From the human T2T-CHM13v2.0 reference genome, Homo sapiens, in NCBI RefSeq assembly GCF_009914755.1, contig NC_060931.1: DNA of 64,000 bases; one strand, written 5' to 3'. Of the stretch, positions 33,256 to 46,630 are shown in pieces. The position numbers were made by a program, and so were the translations under genes. Position 1 is the stretch's first letter, and every line of letters begins with the position of its first letter. The notes under the pieces were generated by a model, which was not told where the DNA came from, did no database searches, and saw nothing but the letters and a program-made list of their open reading frames with translations.

Positions 33256-33882
33256 TTATATTAGTCTGTTCTGGCTGCTGTAACAAAATACCATAGACTG
33301 GGCTTATAAACAAGAGAAATTTATTTTTTGCAGTTCTGGAGACTGGGAAGTCCAAGTTCAAGGTGCCAGCAGTTTGGGTATCTGATAAGGGCTCATGTTC
33401 CTAGTTCACAGAAAGACACCCTTTTTTTTTTTTTAAATTATACTTTAAGTTCTGGGATACATGTGTAGAATGTGCTGGTTTGTTATATAGGTATACACGT
33501 GCCATGGTGGTTTTGCCGCACCCATCAACCCGTCACCTACATTACCTATTTCTCCTAATGGTATCCCTCCCCTAGCCCCCTAACCCCAACAGGCCCCGGT
33601 GTGTGATGTTCCCTTCCCTGACAACGGACACCTTTTTAATATGATCCCACATGGCAAAAGGATAAGCAGCTCTCTCAGGCTCTGAGTAAAATGAGGGGTA
33701 GAAGGAGAGGGGAAGGTAGATAGTAAGTGCAAAAAGTCTTTTATAAGGGCACTAATCCCATTCAAGAGAGTCCCACCTTCATGACCTGTTTACCTCCCAA
33801 AGGCCGACCTCCAAATAACATAATTTTGGCGGTTAGGATTTCAACATAAGGAGAATTTAAGGAGGATGCATTGGGAACATAG
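33256..33882 (-). mobile_element. MaLR LTR (MST/MLT1A-like) interrupted by an L1PA 3' end
   Basis: TATTAGTCTGTTCTGGCTGCTGTAACAAAATACCATAGACTGG...AGGATTTCAACAT. Confidence 0.75.
33422..33622 (-). mobile_element. L1PA 3'-end fragment (~200 bp)
   Basis: Poly(T) then ATTATACTTTAAGTTCTGGGATACATGTG...GTGTGTGATGTTCCC; GACACC(C)TTTT on both sides as TSD. Confidence 0.88.
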
Positions 33883-35726
33883 CAGCCATAAAAATGAAGT
33901 GACAATTTATCTGCAAATTACAGTTAGGTGACTCTATTATTATTATTATTATTATTACTATTTTTATGATTTTAGTAAGGGCAGAATTCAATGAATAGAA
34001 ACATCACCCATTTCTTTAACATGATTCAACAGAAAGTAACAATTTAGTTTTTAACAAAAGATCTCATTGAATTATCAGTCAATAACCAAAAATCTAAAAA
34101 TCACTGAAGACAATGAAGATGGAGAATTTTTAGTGTTATTAAATACTACTAATTTCACAACTGGTAAAGATAGCACTAAAGACTCATGCTATTTTAACTT
34201 TTACAATGAACTGATATTGAAAATGATGGGCATCAACTACATACTCAATAAGAGAGGATCATCAACACTTTTGAGGAATCAAATTAATGTCAGAAATTAA
34301 TTATTAAATGTAACTGATAATATGATGTAATTTTTCAAAAGTTCCTTGTTTACTGAACATCTATTCAGGCTAAGAGCCTATAAACTAAGTGCGTAATCAT
34401 TCATGAATGCAATAGTACTTCAAAGTTAAAATACTGTAATTCTTTTAGTCTATATTTATAATAAACATTATACATTTATTTTAATCTCTGATACATGCGA
34501 GAATATAATTTGAGGATAAAATACATATAAGCTGTAGCATCTGTTCTAACAGGGAGCGTGAAGCATATTCCAGGCATAAAAAGAGTACCAAGGCCCTAAA
34601 GAAGAAAGGAAAATGGGATGTGAACGACTAATAGAAAGCTTGTGAGACTGAAAAGCAGAGAACATATGAGGAGAGTAGCATAAAATGTGCACGTTTAAAT
34701 GTTGATGAGAAGGAGACAGTATAAGGGAAATGAGGGATGGAAATGTCAACAAGATAAGGTTCTAAGAAAATAAAAAATAGGATCTAGAGCAGAGGTGGTG
34801 TGAGAGGACTCTCAGTGAAGCAGGAATTAAGGACATCTGCTCAGAGTAAAATGGGGGTATGGCAAGAGAAGATGGTTGATGGAAAGTAAAGAGAGCGTAA
34901 AACAGTAATTTCAGAAGATGAAAAAAAAAAAAAAAAAAAAAAAACAGTTGGCCAGAAAACAAAAATTCTGAGGAATGCTGAAGGACCAGTTTAGATTAAT
35001 CATCAAATGGAGACTTCCTAAAAAAAAATTTATGCTATAAAAATTCCCTTTTCAATACAAATTGCTTCACAAATTGTCAAATAATTTTCAATATAATTAT
35101 TTAATAAAGTTAGAATAAACTGCTTGGTCTTACTAAAGAAGGGGGAAGCAGGAGCTCCAGATCATGATTCTATTACTTGCCAGCTATGTAATCTTCAGTT
35201 AATTTCCTAACCTTTCCATCTCTTTGTTTCCTTAACCATACAGAAAATGGATAATTATATCTTCTTCACAGATCTGTTACTGCAATTGAGATAACAAATG
35301 TAAAGTGACTAACACAGAGCCTGACAAAGAACAGAGACTGAACAATGGTTCGTTTCACTCTTAATTCCTAAATTGCCTGCTGACACAGCTGGATGACACC
35401 TCTGTCTTGTTGCTCTCTGAGAAGAAAAGGCACTAGCTCCCAAACACAGGCTCTTTCTACTACGACAGCCTGCTTCCCAAGAAGCTTTATCACAGTGACG
35501 TGATTATTAAGAGTTTAATCCTCTCAGCTCCACAAAACCTGAAACTTGACTTTGTGAGAAAGCCAGGTCTGAGGAAGACAGACACACACAATTAAACTCA
35601 GAAAGATGTTACAAACACAAATATCAATTTATACATAAGAAATACAGTAAATTTCATGAACTGAACCAGAATGTTAATACTGGCAGATAATACATTTTCT
35701 CCCTTTAGGAAAATTACACAGCAAGC

Positions 35727-36091
35727 TGCAATAGTCTGAATGTTTGTGTCTTTCCTCCTCAATTCATATGATGAAATCCTAACTGCCAAGGTGATAGTAT
35801 TAGAAGGTGTGGCCTTTGGGAGGTGACTATATCATGAGGGCAGGGCACCCATGAATGGGATTCATGCCCTTATAAAAGAAGCTTGAGGGTGCCTTTGCTC
35901 CTTCTACCACATGAGGACACATCAAGAGGGCATCATTTGTGAATCAGAATGTTGGCCCTCAGTAGATACCCAATCTGCTGGCACCTCCAGCCTTCAGACT
36001 TCCCCAGCCTCCAGAACTGTGAAAAATAAATTTCTGTTTATAAGCCACCCAGTTTATGGTGTTTTGTTACAGCAACCCAAATGGACTAACA
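35727..36091 (+). mobile_element. MaLR LTR (MLT1A/MSTD-like)
   Basis: GTCTGAATGTTTGTGTC...CCAGAACTGTGAAAAATAAA...ATGGACTAACA. Confidence 0.8.
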
Positions 36092-37135
36092 GAGGAGCCA
36101 AATTGTACTCAGAAGGTTACTTTATACATCTAAATAAGACAAATGAATTGGATAATATTAAGGGATAATGTCAATAAACTATGATAATATGATACATATG
36201 GCCTTACAGGGAGAAAATACTCCCCCTCCACTGAGCAGAACCTATCCTCCTATGAACCATGCTGAGACATACAACAAAATTATAGTTCCCTGACTCCTAT
36301 TTTTCTAAGATCTATGCAGATCATTCTACACCTACCCGTGCAGACACACATTACTTTTATACTTTTGTCTTTTTAATCTGATTTATTAGAAATAGGCCAC
36401 TGGTTAAATAACAACAGTCATCTACTTTGATAAATCTTTTGAATAAATTTATATAGTCTAAACAGATAACAAAACTATCAATATTTAAGGAATACTAACT
36501 TCCTAAAAGTTTGTCAGTCTCTTAATTTTTAATATGAATTTAAAAACCAAAGAAAAGTCAAACTTGACAACTGGTAAAAATGTGCACAAGACAATAAAAT
36601 ATCTAATATATATTTATTTAGAAACAACTAGGCTAGAAAATACTTTCTTACTTTAAATATAAGAGAATTAAATTAAAAAACAAAAAGCCTTTAAAAGTAA
36701 CCATTCCTTTTTGACATGTTAAATTTATCCAACCCTATTGAAGATAATATTTTGGTTTCAAAAACGTTGGTACTGTTTCCCTTCTAGAATTACTTGGTTT
36801 GAGTCCCATGACTCTAAAATATGATACAATTTTAAGAACTGCATAAAGATATATACAAATGTATACATCAAAAACATGTCATAGATGCAAAATTTTAGGT
36901 AGTATATATACATAAGGTTTCCCATTAGATTAATACAAAAGGCTTATGACATTGCACTCCCTGAAATACAAATTGCCATCTTTCTCACAACTAAACAAAC
37001 TATGCTAATATCAATTTTCTGTAGAAATATTCATCTTTATTCAAGGTTGACTTGGAATTCCTTAAGTATTTCTTTGAGAAGTAATTATCAAAGAATTTGA
37101 TAATTTGAGCAATCATCCTTCAAAAGAAACATTAG

Positions 37136-37440
37136 GGCCAGGCACGGTGGCTCACGCCTGTAATCCCAGCACTTTGGGAGACAGAGGCGGGTCGATCATC
37201 TGAGGTCAGGAGTTTGAGACCAGTCTGGCCAACATGGCGAAACCCCGTCTCTACTAAAAATACAAAAATGAGCTGGGTGTGGTGGCACGTGCCTGTAATC
37301 CCAGCTACTCGGGGGGCTGAGGTGGGAGAATCACTTGAACCCAGGAGTCGGAGGTTTCAGTGAGCCGAGATCGTGCCGCTGCACTCCAACCTGGGCAACA
37401 AGCGCAAAACTCCATCTCAAAAAAGGAAAAAGAAAAATAA
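37136..37440 (+). mobile_element. AluS
   Basis: Full-length Alu; TSD AAACATTA. Confidence 0.92.
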
Positions 37441-37474
37441 ACATTAAGACCATCATCTAGTGTTTTATCCAATT

Positions 37475-39600
37475 ATTTAATATTTAACAAATACTTATTG
37501 AGCAATTCAAAGAATGGGAAAACAGAGATAAAAGATATAGTACTAGGTCTTAATGAACGTCAATCCAGTGAGTACATCAAAACATATATATATTATAACA
37601 AGTGTGATAAATAAAATGCTCAAATATAATAAATAACATTATTAAGCATCTTCTTTTTTTTTTTTTTTTCAAAGGTGCTATTATAACCCTAAATAGAGGT
37701 TCTAAAACCACCCACAAGAATCAGGAAAGGCTATTTGGGGAAGTTAAGGAGGACAAAGTTGGGTAAAGAATGAATACAAAACAAACAGCCAGGTAAATTC
37801 GACCAGTAACTGTGTTCAAAGAATATTTAACATTAAATGCAAACCACAGAGGCTGAACAAACCTGTTATGTTCAGGGAAACAAGGGACAGCCATAAGTGT
37901 CATTTGGGGATGTAGCAAGATGGCAAAAAGCAAATGGGGTTACAGTTTGAGATTTATAAAGAGCAAAGTTGTTGAAGAATTTTAAGTAGCAAACGGACAT
38001 GACTAGATATGCCTTATATTAAGATCACTGTGGAAGCAGTATGAGTATTAAATGGAAATCAGACACTAATAGAAGACTAATACAGTAATCAGGATGAGAA
38101 AGCTAAGGTATGAAACAAGAATACAGAAACAATCAGAGTAGAACAGGAGTCAACAAACTATGCTCGTGGGACAAATCTGGTTTATTGCTTGTTTTTGCTA
38201 ATAAAGTGTTAATGGAACACAACCACATTCATTCATTTACATATTGTCTATGACTGTTTTCCTGCCTCAACAGCAGAGTTCAGTAGTTATAACTGAAACT
38301 AAATGGCCTATAAAATCTAAACTATTTACTATCTGTCTCTTCGCAAAAAGTGTGCTGGTCCTTAGATGAGCTGATTTCCAAGTTTTCCAGTTGAATAGTG
38401 GTGCTCCACAGCAGCTAACAAACACAGGAGAAGATATATTTGACAACTCTGTATTTTAATATTCTGAGTTACAGAGTCTTTATGATGGTCTCATGGAATA
38501 ATGTGGATGATACTAAGAATGAGCTTGCTCAATATACATTCTGGCTTCCTTTTAGTATGTGTTTGCTGTAAAAGGGTCCAGATATGACTAATGTTCCATT
38601 AACTATAAGAACTTGTTTGACATTTAGATGGCAGAGGCTGTACTTTTCCTACTTCTGTTGTTTTCCCTGCCAAGCTTGGTCATAGAGTGTTTGGATTTCT
38701 TCTATCAGCTCTAATGGGGCCTGGTGTATAGTCCCTAGCATTATGAGTGCCAAAAGGCAGAACAGGGGACATCTATTTTGCTGATCTAGATCTTGTCAGA
38801 GGAAATATGGCTCTGAAGCTATCAAATGCAATGAAGGTTATATAAAACACCAGTGGGCAGTTTCCTGACATGGAGGTAGCAATATGTGCCCAACTTGCCC
38901 AATTCTCCACAGTTCAGTAGTTCTGAGAGGCTCAGATTATGGTCTTTTTCTTGAGCCCTCCCAACCATATCCTATAATAAACCCCTATCTACTAAAACTT
39001 GCTAAAGTAAGTTCTGTTCTCTATAAGCAAACTTTAACCAATACAAGCATCCTGCAGGCAGGGCAGGAAGCTATAAAGATTTGGTGTTTACAAAAAGAGA
39101 TCTTGGAAGCAGATTGAGATTTTAAAGTTATCAGCAAATGGGAATATACGAGATCATCAAGGAAAAGCATTTAGAATAAAAAGTGGTCACACAGAGAGAG
39201 CACAAAGATTAAGGAAGTAAGCAGAAATTGTTACAATTATGAAGAAACCAAAAAGCAACGTCAAGGAAAAAAAAAAAAAAAAAGAAAACAGGAGAGATTG
39301 AGATAAAGAAACGAAGAGAAGAAAGGTTGTCAAGAAGTTGAAATGGTTACCAATATCAAAAATTTGAGAAAAGAAAAAAAAAGTCCTTTGGGAAACTGGG
39401 AGGTCACCCAGCAGTCACCCAGTAGATTACTGAAAGTAATCTACTTTCAGTAGATTCATTGAAGAAGTCATGTTAGAAGCCACAATAGTGTAGACTGGGG
39501 ACTATATGAGAAGTCAAGAAAAGGAGACAGTAAGAGCAGCTTATTCTTCCAAATAGTTTGAAGTAAACAGACTAGGAAATAGTTACATAATAAGATATAA
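37475..39600. mobile_element. Fragmented L2 region containing nested MER58A and an old LTR-like piece (~38470-39045)
   Basis: ATTTAACAAATACTTATTGAGCA L2 end and purine-rich L2-like tracts; highly diverged. Confidence 0.45.
38144..38365. mobile_element. MER58A DNA transposon
   Basis: CAGGAGTCAACAAACTATG...GGAACACAACCAC...TATTTACTATCTG...AAAAGTGTGCTG. Confidence 0.75.
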
Positions 39601-40214
39601 CTAAGTAAACAGTTAACATTGAAGAATCCTTTTTCCTTTCAAGTGAGAGAAATTTTAGTATCTTTGTTTGCTGCTAATAAAAAGGAAAAGGTTGAAGATT
39701 CAGATAAGCCAAAAAGCAAAGTAAAGAAGCAGGGCAGAAAGGATGGTGTGGAATTAGCCTTAAATAGGAAGGTTAGAGATCTGATGGAGTTGTGTCCTTA
39801 AGAATGAACTTTGCATGAAGTCAAAAACATGCATGCCTTGTGACCTTGATTTTCCTTGTAAGGAGTGTGACAAGATCATCTCATGACAATGAGAGAGAAG
39901 AGACTGGAGGTTTACAGTGAATAAAGAAAATCTGAAACAACCATCTGTGAAATGGAAGAGGGAACTGGACGTAATAAAAAAGTAATTGAAGCCCAGCTGC
40001 ATCTAAGAATCATAAATTTTAGTTACAACAGTCTTACAGTTGTCTGTTTTGTTTTGTTTGTTTTGTTTTTGTTTTTTAAGAGCAATGAAAAGACTAGGCA
40101 TAGAAGTAAAATAGGGATAAATGTTGCATGGTCCACAGATGGCATTTTGCTGTGCAGGAGTAGTAGAAAGGCAAGGGTGAAATAATTTGAGGGTATCATC
40201 AAGGGGAATACTTC

Positions 40215-40325
40215 TTGGTACCAGATCTACTGAATCAGAAATTCTGGGTGTTGGGCTCAGCTATCTGTGTTTTAACCAGTCCTCCCATCAATTCTGATGC
40301 ATGGTGAAGTTTGAGAATCATCAGT
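40215..40325. mobile_element. MER5A fragment
   Basis: CTACTGAATCAGAAATTCTGGG...TGTGTTTTAAC...AAGTTTGAGAATCA. Confidence 0.65.
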
Positions 40326-40479
40326 TAGGTGAATAGTTGAAGAGACACATCTTTGATCAATTTAATATAAAAAAATAAGTAGACCCAGAGAAGGGGACAG
40401 ACATGAGGTTGACAGAGTAGAAAACCATCGAGTAGTAAAGACATTTATGCTGTAGATGAGTTAACAGACTGATGGGTTC

Positions 40480-40776
<297 letters not shown>

Positions 40777-42495
40777 CAACAGATTGATGTTTTAGGTTAA
40801 TAAAAGAATTATGAGTTATAACAGGAACAAGGGAGTGGGAGGGCAGAAAAAACAGGAAGCTACAGTCAAAGGAAGAGACACTGGAGACTTAGACCAAATG
40901 ATACTAATGACAATATTCAACGTTGATAAGGAGGGAAAGATTCTGAAATAGGATGGAAGGGAAGGGCACTAGACTCAAGTTTGGGCTAGTAGATGTCAAA
41001 CGACTGTGAGCCCAACGTATGAGAATAACCATCTCCATAGGTATTGGTAACATCCAGGATGTGGGATTTAGAATGGAGAGAAAACAGTACTGCTGAAGTC
41101 CTAGAGATGGGAGACACAAAAGGATTAGGAGATGAAAACAACCATATGAGGAAGAGGACAATATGTTATAGAAAATAAATTCCCTGCATAAAATCCCAAA
41201 GAAGGCATAATTCATACAGGATGGAGGGCTACAGAGTCAAATCCAGCGGCCACTTCTTAGGAAGGTAACTGCCCTTTCTTGTTTTGAAATTCAGGGCAAA
41301 ATGTTTGATTAATAGAGTTATCTTTCCTTCTCTTTTGAAGATCTAAAAAAAGGTATCTTCTCTTACTTAATGTAGAGAAATACTCTTTTTTTTTTTAAAC
41401 GGTGTAACAGTTTCATCCTTACAGGGAGACCTAGAGTTAAAACATAATTGACCAAACAACTAAAAGTAATCTCTAATGTTAGAAGTTAGAATAATAATTA
41501 TCTTTGGGGAAGCCAGAAGAGAGTAAAAATTGTGAGAGAGGGTAAAGAAACTCTAGGAGTACTGATAATGTCCTATTTCTATCCTGGGTTTTGATTTCAC
41601 AGGTATGTTCACACTGTGGTATTCATTCTATATGAAAGTTTATGATTTGTCCACTTTTCATTTTGTATATGATATTCAATTTTAAAAGAAAAAGTACCTG
41701 ATTCAGTTATATTTTAAAAATTACAACTATTTAGGAATCAGAAGTCAAATAAGTACCTTCTTGATTTAGAGGCTTAAGAACAGCACATTAATAACATTGT
41801 TTCTGTCCAACATAAATGCACAAAATGAAATTCCTGATTTAGAGGATATGAAAAAACTCTATTAATAATTATATTGGAGCCCAATACAAACGGAGAAAAT
41901 ATCTGGGTATAATACAAGGGTAGATCTAAGATCTAATTCTAAGTTGTTGAATCTAATACATCAATACCTTTGAATTTCTTCCAATTCAGAAAATTAAGCA
42001 TCAGGAAAATGATACCTTAGGAGAAATGTCAAGTCAAAAATTTTTTAAATTATGGCATAATGATTAAGAGTGCAAAGTTCTGGGACTAGAGTGATTAAAA
42101 TTTGAATCCAAACTAAATAATTTACTAGCTATGTGATTTTCAACAACTTATTTAAGCTCTGTTTCTTCAACTGCAAAATATAATTAACAATAATACCAAT
42201 CTTACTGGGTTGTTGAAGGGCTTAAATGAGGAATCGTGCTTTAGACAAAGCAGGCATGGTCAGCTAGTTATCTATCTATATATGCACATCATAAAAAATA
42301 CATTTCATGTTATATACATTATACATTAGAAACATTAGGTCTATTTTTAAATTAAATATATTAAACATATATTAAAATTTCCCTTAACGATGACCCATTC
42401 TTTGATTTAAATTGTAGACATACTTTCTCAGTGATATATTACTATAAGACATATATTACTTTTTTGAACTCAAAGTCAAATGTTCACCTGTATTA

Positions 42496-42672
<177 letters not shown>

Positions 42673-43043
42673 TTAAAACAAAAACATACACATTCAAATA
42701 TTTCAATACTGAATAAATATCAAGGTATCAAAATATGTATAACTTCTCAAAAAAAAAAAACAAAAAACGCTATTAAACAGGGTTGCCATTCAAAATCCGT
42801 ATTTTAAAAAATACAGTTTCCCAAATATTTTCTATTTAATAAGTAATTTATGCTGGAGTTAAATGCTCCAAATAAGACAGATTTGGTAAGGCAAGAATAG
42901 AAATGATGATTATTACAAGTTTAAGGAAATGTCAAGAGATCACATTTAAAAGTGTCAAATTTAGTATTTTAAAGTAAATAAATATTCTCACATTTTCAGA
43001 AAATTCTCAAGATGCAAGTACAGTTTTTTTGCTGCTGCTGTTG

Positions 43044-43322
43044 TTTTTTTTTTAAGAGATGGGGGAAGTCTCAATACACTGCTCAGGCTGGAGTGTAGTG
43101 GCTTGTCACACATGTGATTATAGTTCACTATAGTCTCGAACTACTGGGCTCAAGCAGTCCTCCCACCTCAGCCTCCCAAGTAGCTGGTACTACCAGTACC
43201 TGGCATCACATCCAACTATTCTCTTTTTTTTTAAGAGACAGGGTCTCACTATGTTGTTCAAGCTGGTCTCAAACTCCTGGCCTCAAGTGATCCTCCCATC
43301 TTGACCTCTTGAGTAGCTGGGC
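43044..43322 (-). mobile_element. Tandem FLAM_A-like (43223-43322) and FAM-like (43044-43215) Alu monomers
   Basis: The FAM-like part keeps the extra 7SL-derived segment (GTGGCTTGTCACACATGTGATTATAGTTCACTATAG); the other is a short monomer with a CCAGCTACTC 5' part. Confidence 0.65.
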
Positions 43323-44736
43323 CCCAGTATTTTTAAAAGCAAAAAAGTGGCCTTCATCATATTATATAACCACCACCAGCTTCCACCTCCCCAGTTATCC
43401 AAACCATATTTACAATCACTCACCTTAAGAAGTAACCAAACAACATGCTAGATTTGCAGTACAAAGGGCTCTAAGAGCTGGGAGGGAGAAAGGTCTATAT
43501 TATTTTAGTTACTAATTATTCCACAAACCTGCTTTTCAGTAAGAGACATGTAGCAACAGAGGGAAAAAAACACAACAAAAAAAAAAAACCAGGAAAAAAA
43601 TGTAGTAACAAACCCCAGCGACTGCCCTTCACCACAGAAGAATAGAGGGATTATGATACTAAATTTCCCCTCCCATTTATCTGATGCATACAATCACTAT
43701 CAGCGTTACAAGTCTTTATATATCTGCTCTTTGTCAAGCACATCTAGAGACTGGAGCCAAGAACAAAATGATGATGATGATGATTCCAATAACAATGACT
43801 AACATTTTTGAAGATATAGCATGTATAATACATTAAGCTAGACGCAAAGTGTGTATTACTTTAATGCATCTGTTATTTGTAATTTTCTAAACAATCTTGC
43901 TAGAAATCTCATCATACCTAGATGGAGATACTAAAATCCGAAGAATCTAAGTAATCTGAACAAATTCACTTGGCTAGTAACCGGTAAAACAGAATTAAAA
44001 TCCTGGTCTTTCTGACCACAGTCTTTTCAGTAGATAATCCCAGGCCTCAAAAGAATAGAGCTTATATTCAAAGAGATAGTATTCCTCCGATATTCTTCCA
44101 ATTTGCACATTGAAAGGGTAAAGATGTAAAAATCATAACAGATATAACTGTTCAAAAAATTTGCCCAGGTTAGAACAATGAAAGTATTAAATAACTAGTT
44201 TAACTTTTAAAAATATGTAAATGTTTAAAAATATATATAATGCCAAATTTTGAAATATGGCAGCATTACTCACATCTTGACAATTAAACCTTAATAAATG
44301 TGGAGTGCACAGCCAGAATTAACTTCCTAGCCACTTAATACAAATATCTCTTGGATCCCTTCATATACCACAGTGATGTAGCAGGAAATGAAACTAATCT
44401 ATTTGAATTTAATGTATTTATCATCTCCTTAGGAGAAAACTATGAGACTAGTGCTTTTAGTGGAAAAGAAATGATATTAATCATCTCTTGGTTTACTTAA
44501 CATGAGAAAAATTTAATCTACTAGATTAGATAAAAGGGAATTCAAGCACATCAGTCATTTTACTAGGCTTTCAATATTCTAGTCAATAGTACACATGGCT
44601 ACCGGAATAAATGTTCTGGTTTATTCTAGTTTATTATAGTTGCCCTTCCATTCATGAACCTCTGGCTTCACACTGACTAACATGTTCTCCATTTTGCAAT
44701 AGAAAATGTCTTTATTGATTCCAAAATCCTCACTGT

Positions 44737-44739
<3 letters not shown>

Positions 44740-44780
<41 letters not shown>

Positions 44781-45062
44781 CCGAGACTCAGTCTTGCTCT
44801 GTTGCCAGGCTGGAGTACAGTGGTGCGATCTCGGCTCACTGCAACCTCCGCCCGCTGGGTTCAAAGTGATTCCCCTGCCTCAGCCTCCCGGGTAGCTGGG
44901 ACTACAAGTGCACGTCACGACGCCTGGCTAATTTTTTGTATTTTAGTAGAGACGGGGTTTCACCATTTTGGCCAGGATGGTCTTGATCTCCTGACCTTGT
45001 GATCCACCCGCCTCGGCCTCCCAAAATGCTGGGATTACAGGCGTGAGCCACCATGCCCGGCC
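44740..45062 (-). mobile_element. AluSc-like with a 41-nt pure poly(A)
   Basis: CTGTTGCCAGG single-base deletion typical of AluSc; TSD CACTGTCCCT; T41 at 44740-44780. Confidence 0.9.
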
Positions 45063-45734
45063 CACTGTCCCTTCTTTTACTAGCCTCCTCCTTTGTGTAA
45101 ATGAAAACAAAAAAAGGAAAGTACAACTACAGTTTGCTAAAGAATTCAGCTATGCACTTATGTTTCACCACAATGTTAGCACTAAATTATTTATTCAGAA
45201 GAAAACTAGATGAATGAGGAATGCACGTATGAAATTGGGTTGGTGCTGGAAGTTGAAAGGAATGAGGAGGGTAAATCTTCATGCACCATGATGAGGAGTC
45301 AAAGAAGTTAAAAATTAAAAAGTGGAAATATAAGCAGATTATTTACAGATATGGAGGCAAATACTAAAATAATTAGCTGAAAAAGACTGAAAAGTTTGCC
45401 TCTGAGAAAGAGTAAATGAGGCCAGGAAGAAGGCAGAGCATTGCCATTTTTTAAAAACAAACCTTGTAGAGCTATTTGAGTTTATTACACATGTATAACT
45501 TCCATAATAAATAAAACTAAATTCTAAAAAGTAAATAGAAGTCAAGAAAAATAATACCAAAAATTAAAATAAGGTGGCTAGTCTACTAGAAAAAAAAATC
45601 ACATCCTCTAAATCAATGATTCTGCTTCTGGGAATAAATAATAATTTTAAAAAAGAAGAAAAAGGTGAATATATTTGAGCACAAACGCATTTATTACAGT
45701 GTTAATTGCAACAGTAACATACATACATAGGGAT

Positions 45735-46076
45735 ATATGTACGTGTGCATGAATGTATATATGTATATGTATATAAATACATGTATGTATATATGTATGT
45801 GTGTATATATACACACACATACACGTATGTATGTATGTGTGTATATATACACACATACACGTATGTATGTATGTGTGTGTATATATACACACACATACAC
45901 GTATGTATGTATGTGTGTGTATATACACACACATACACGTATGTATGTATGTGTGTGTATATACACACACATACACGTATGTATGTATGTGTGTGTATAT
46001 ACACACACATACACGTATGTATATATGTGTGTATATATACACACACATACACGTATGTATATATGTGTGTATATAT
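45735..46076. repeat. Purine/pyrimidine-alternating minisatellite, about 8 units of 36-40 bp
   Basis: Consensus GTATGTATGTATGTGTGTGTATATACACACACATACAC (38 bp), with CACGTA junctions near 45825, 45861, 45901, 45939, 45977, 46015 and 46053. Confidence 0.95.
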
Positions 46077-46630
46077 AAATAGCAACATTGTAAGTTAGTA
46101 AAAACCAGTTTGGAAAACAATATGGGACTATCTGATAAGGTTTCATATGTGTATGCCCCATGACTAAAATATTCCATTCTTAGGCACATACCCCAGAAAT
46201 GTTGTCATATATGTGTATCAGAAGACATGTACAAGAATGTTCATAGTAGCACTGTTAAAAACAAAGCTGAAAATACAAATAACCATCAATAAAAGAAAAA
46301 AATTTTGTAATATATTCATTCCAAGTACTACTACAGAAGAGTGAAAATAGACAAATGACAGGTATGTACATATGGTATAAATATCAATAACAATGAATCT
46401 CAATAACATAATGTTAAGGAACAACTTTTAGAAAACACACACAGCAACAGGTAATTCATACTGAGAAACATAAGACTAAATGATATATTATTTGGGATAC
46501 ATAGAAACATTAACAACATTTGGAAAAATTAGCAGAGATAGCAGATACGTTATTCTAATACACTAATTCTTAAATTTAGTGGGCAGTATTATAACTTATA
46601 TATGTTAAAAATGTGTTTTTGCATTTTTAT
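46077..46630 (+). mobile_element. Old L1M 3' fragment
   Basis: TTTGGAAAACAAT...ATTCCATTCTTAGG...ACAAGAATGTTCATAGTAGCAC...ATGAATCTCA. Confidence 0.65.

Noticed and set aside
45781-46076. Regular ~38-bp palindromic repeats resembling a CRISPR array
   Set aside because: Units are directly tandem with no unique spacers, low complexity, no cas genes, and the DNA is primate intron.
45647-46189. Six overlapping ORFs of 93-180 aa rich in Y/T/H/I/C/V/M
   Set aside because: Translations of the stop-free minisatellite; not genes.
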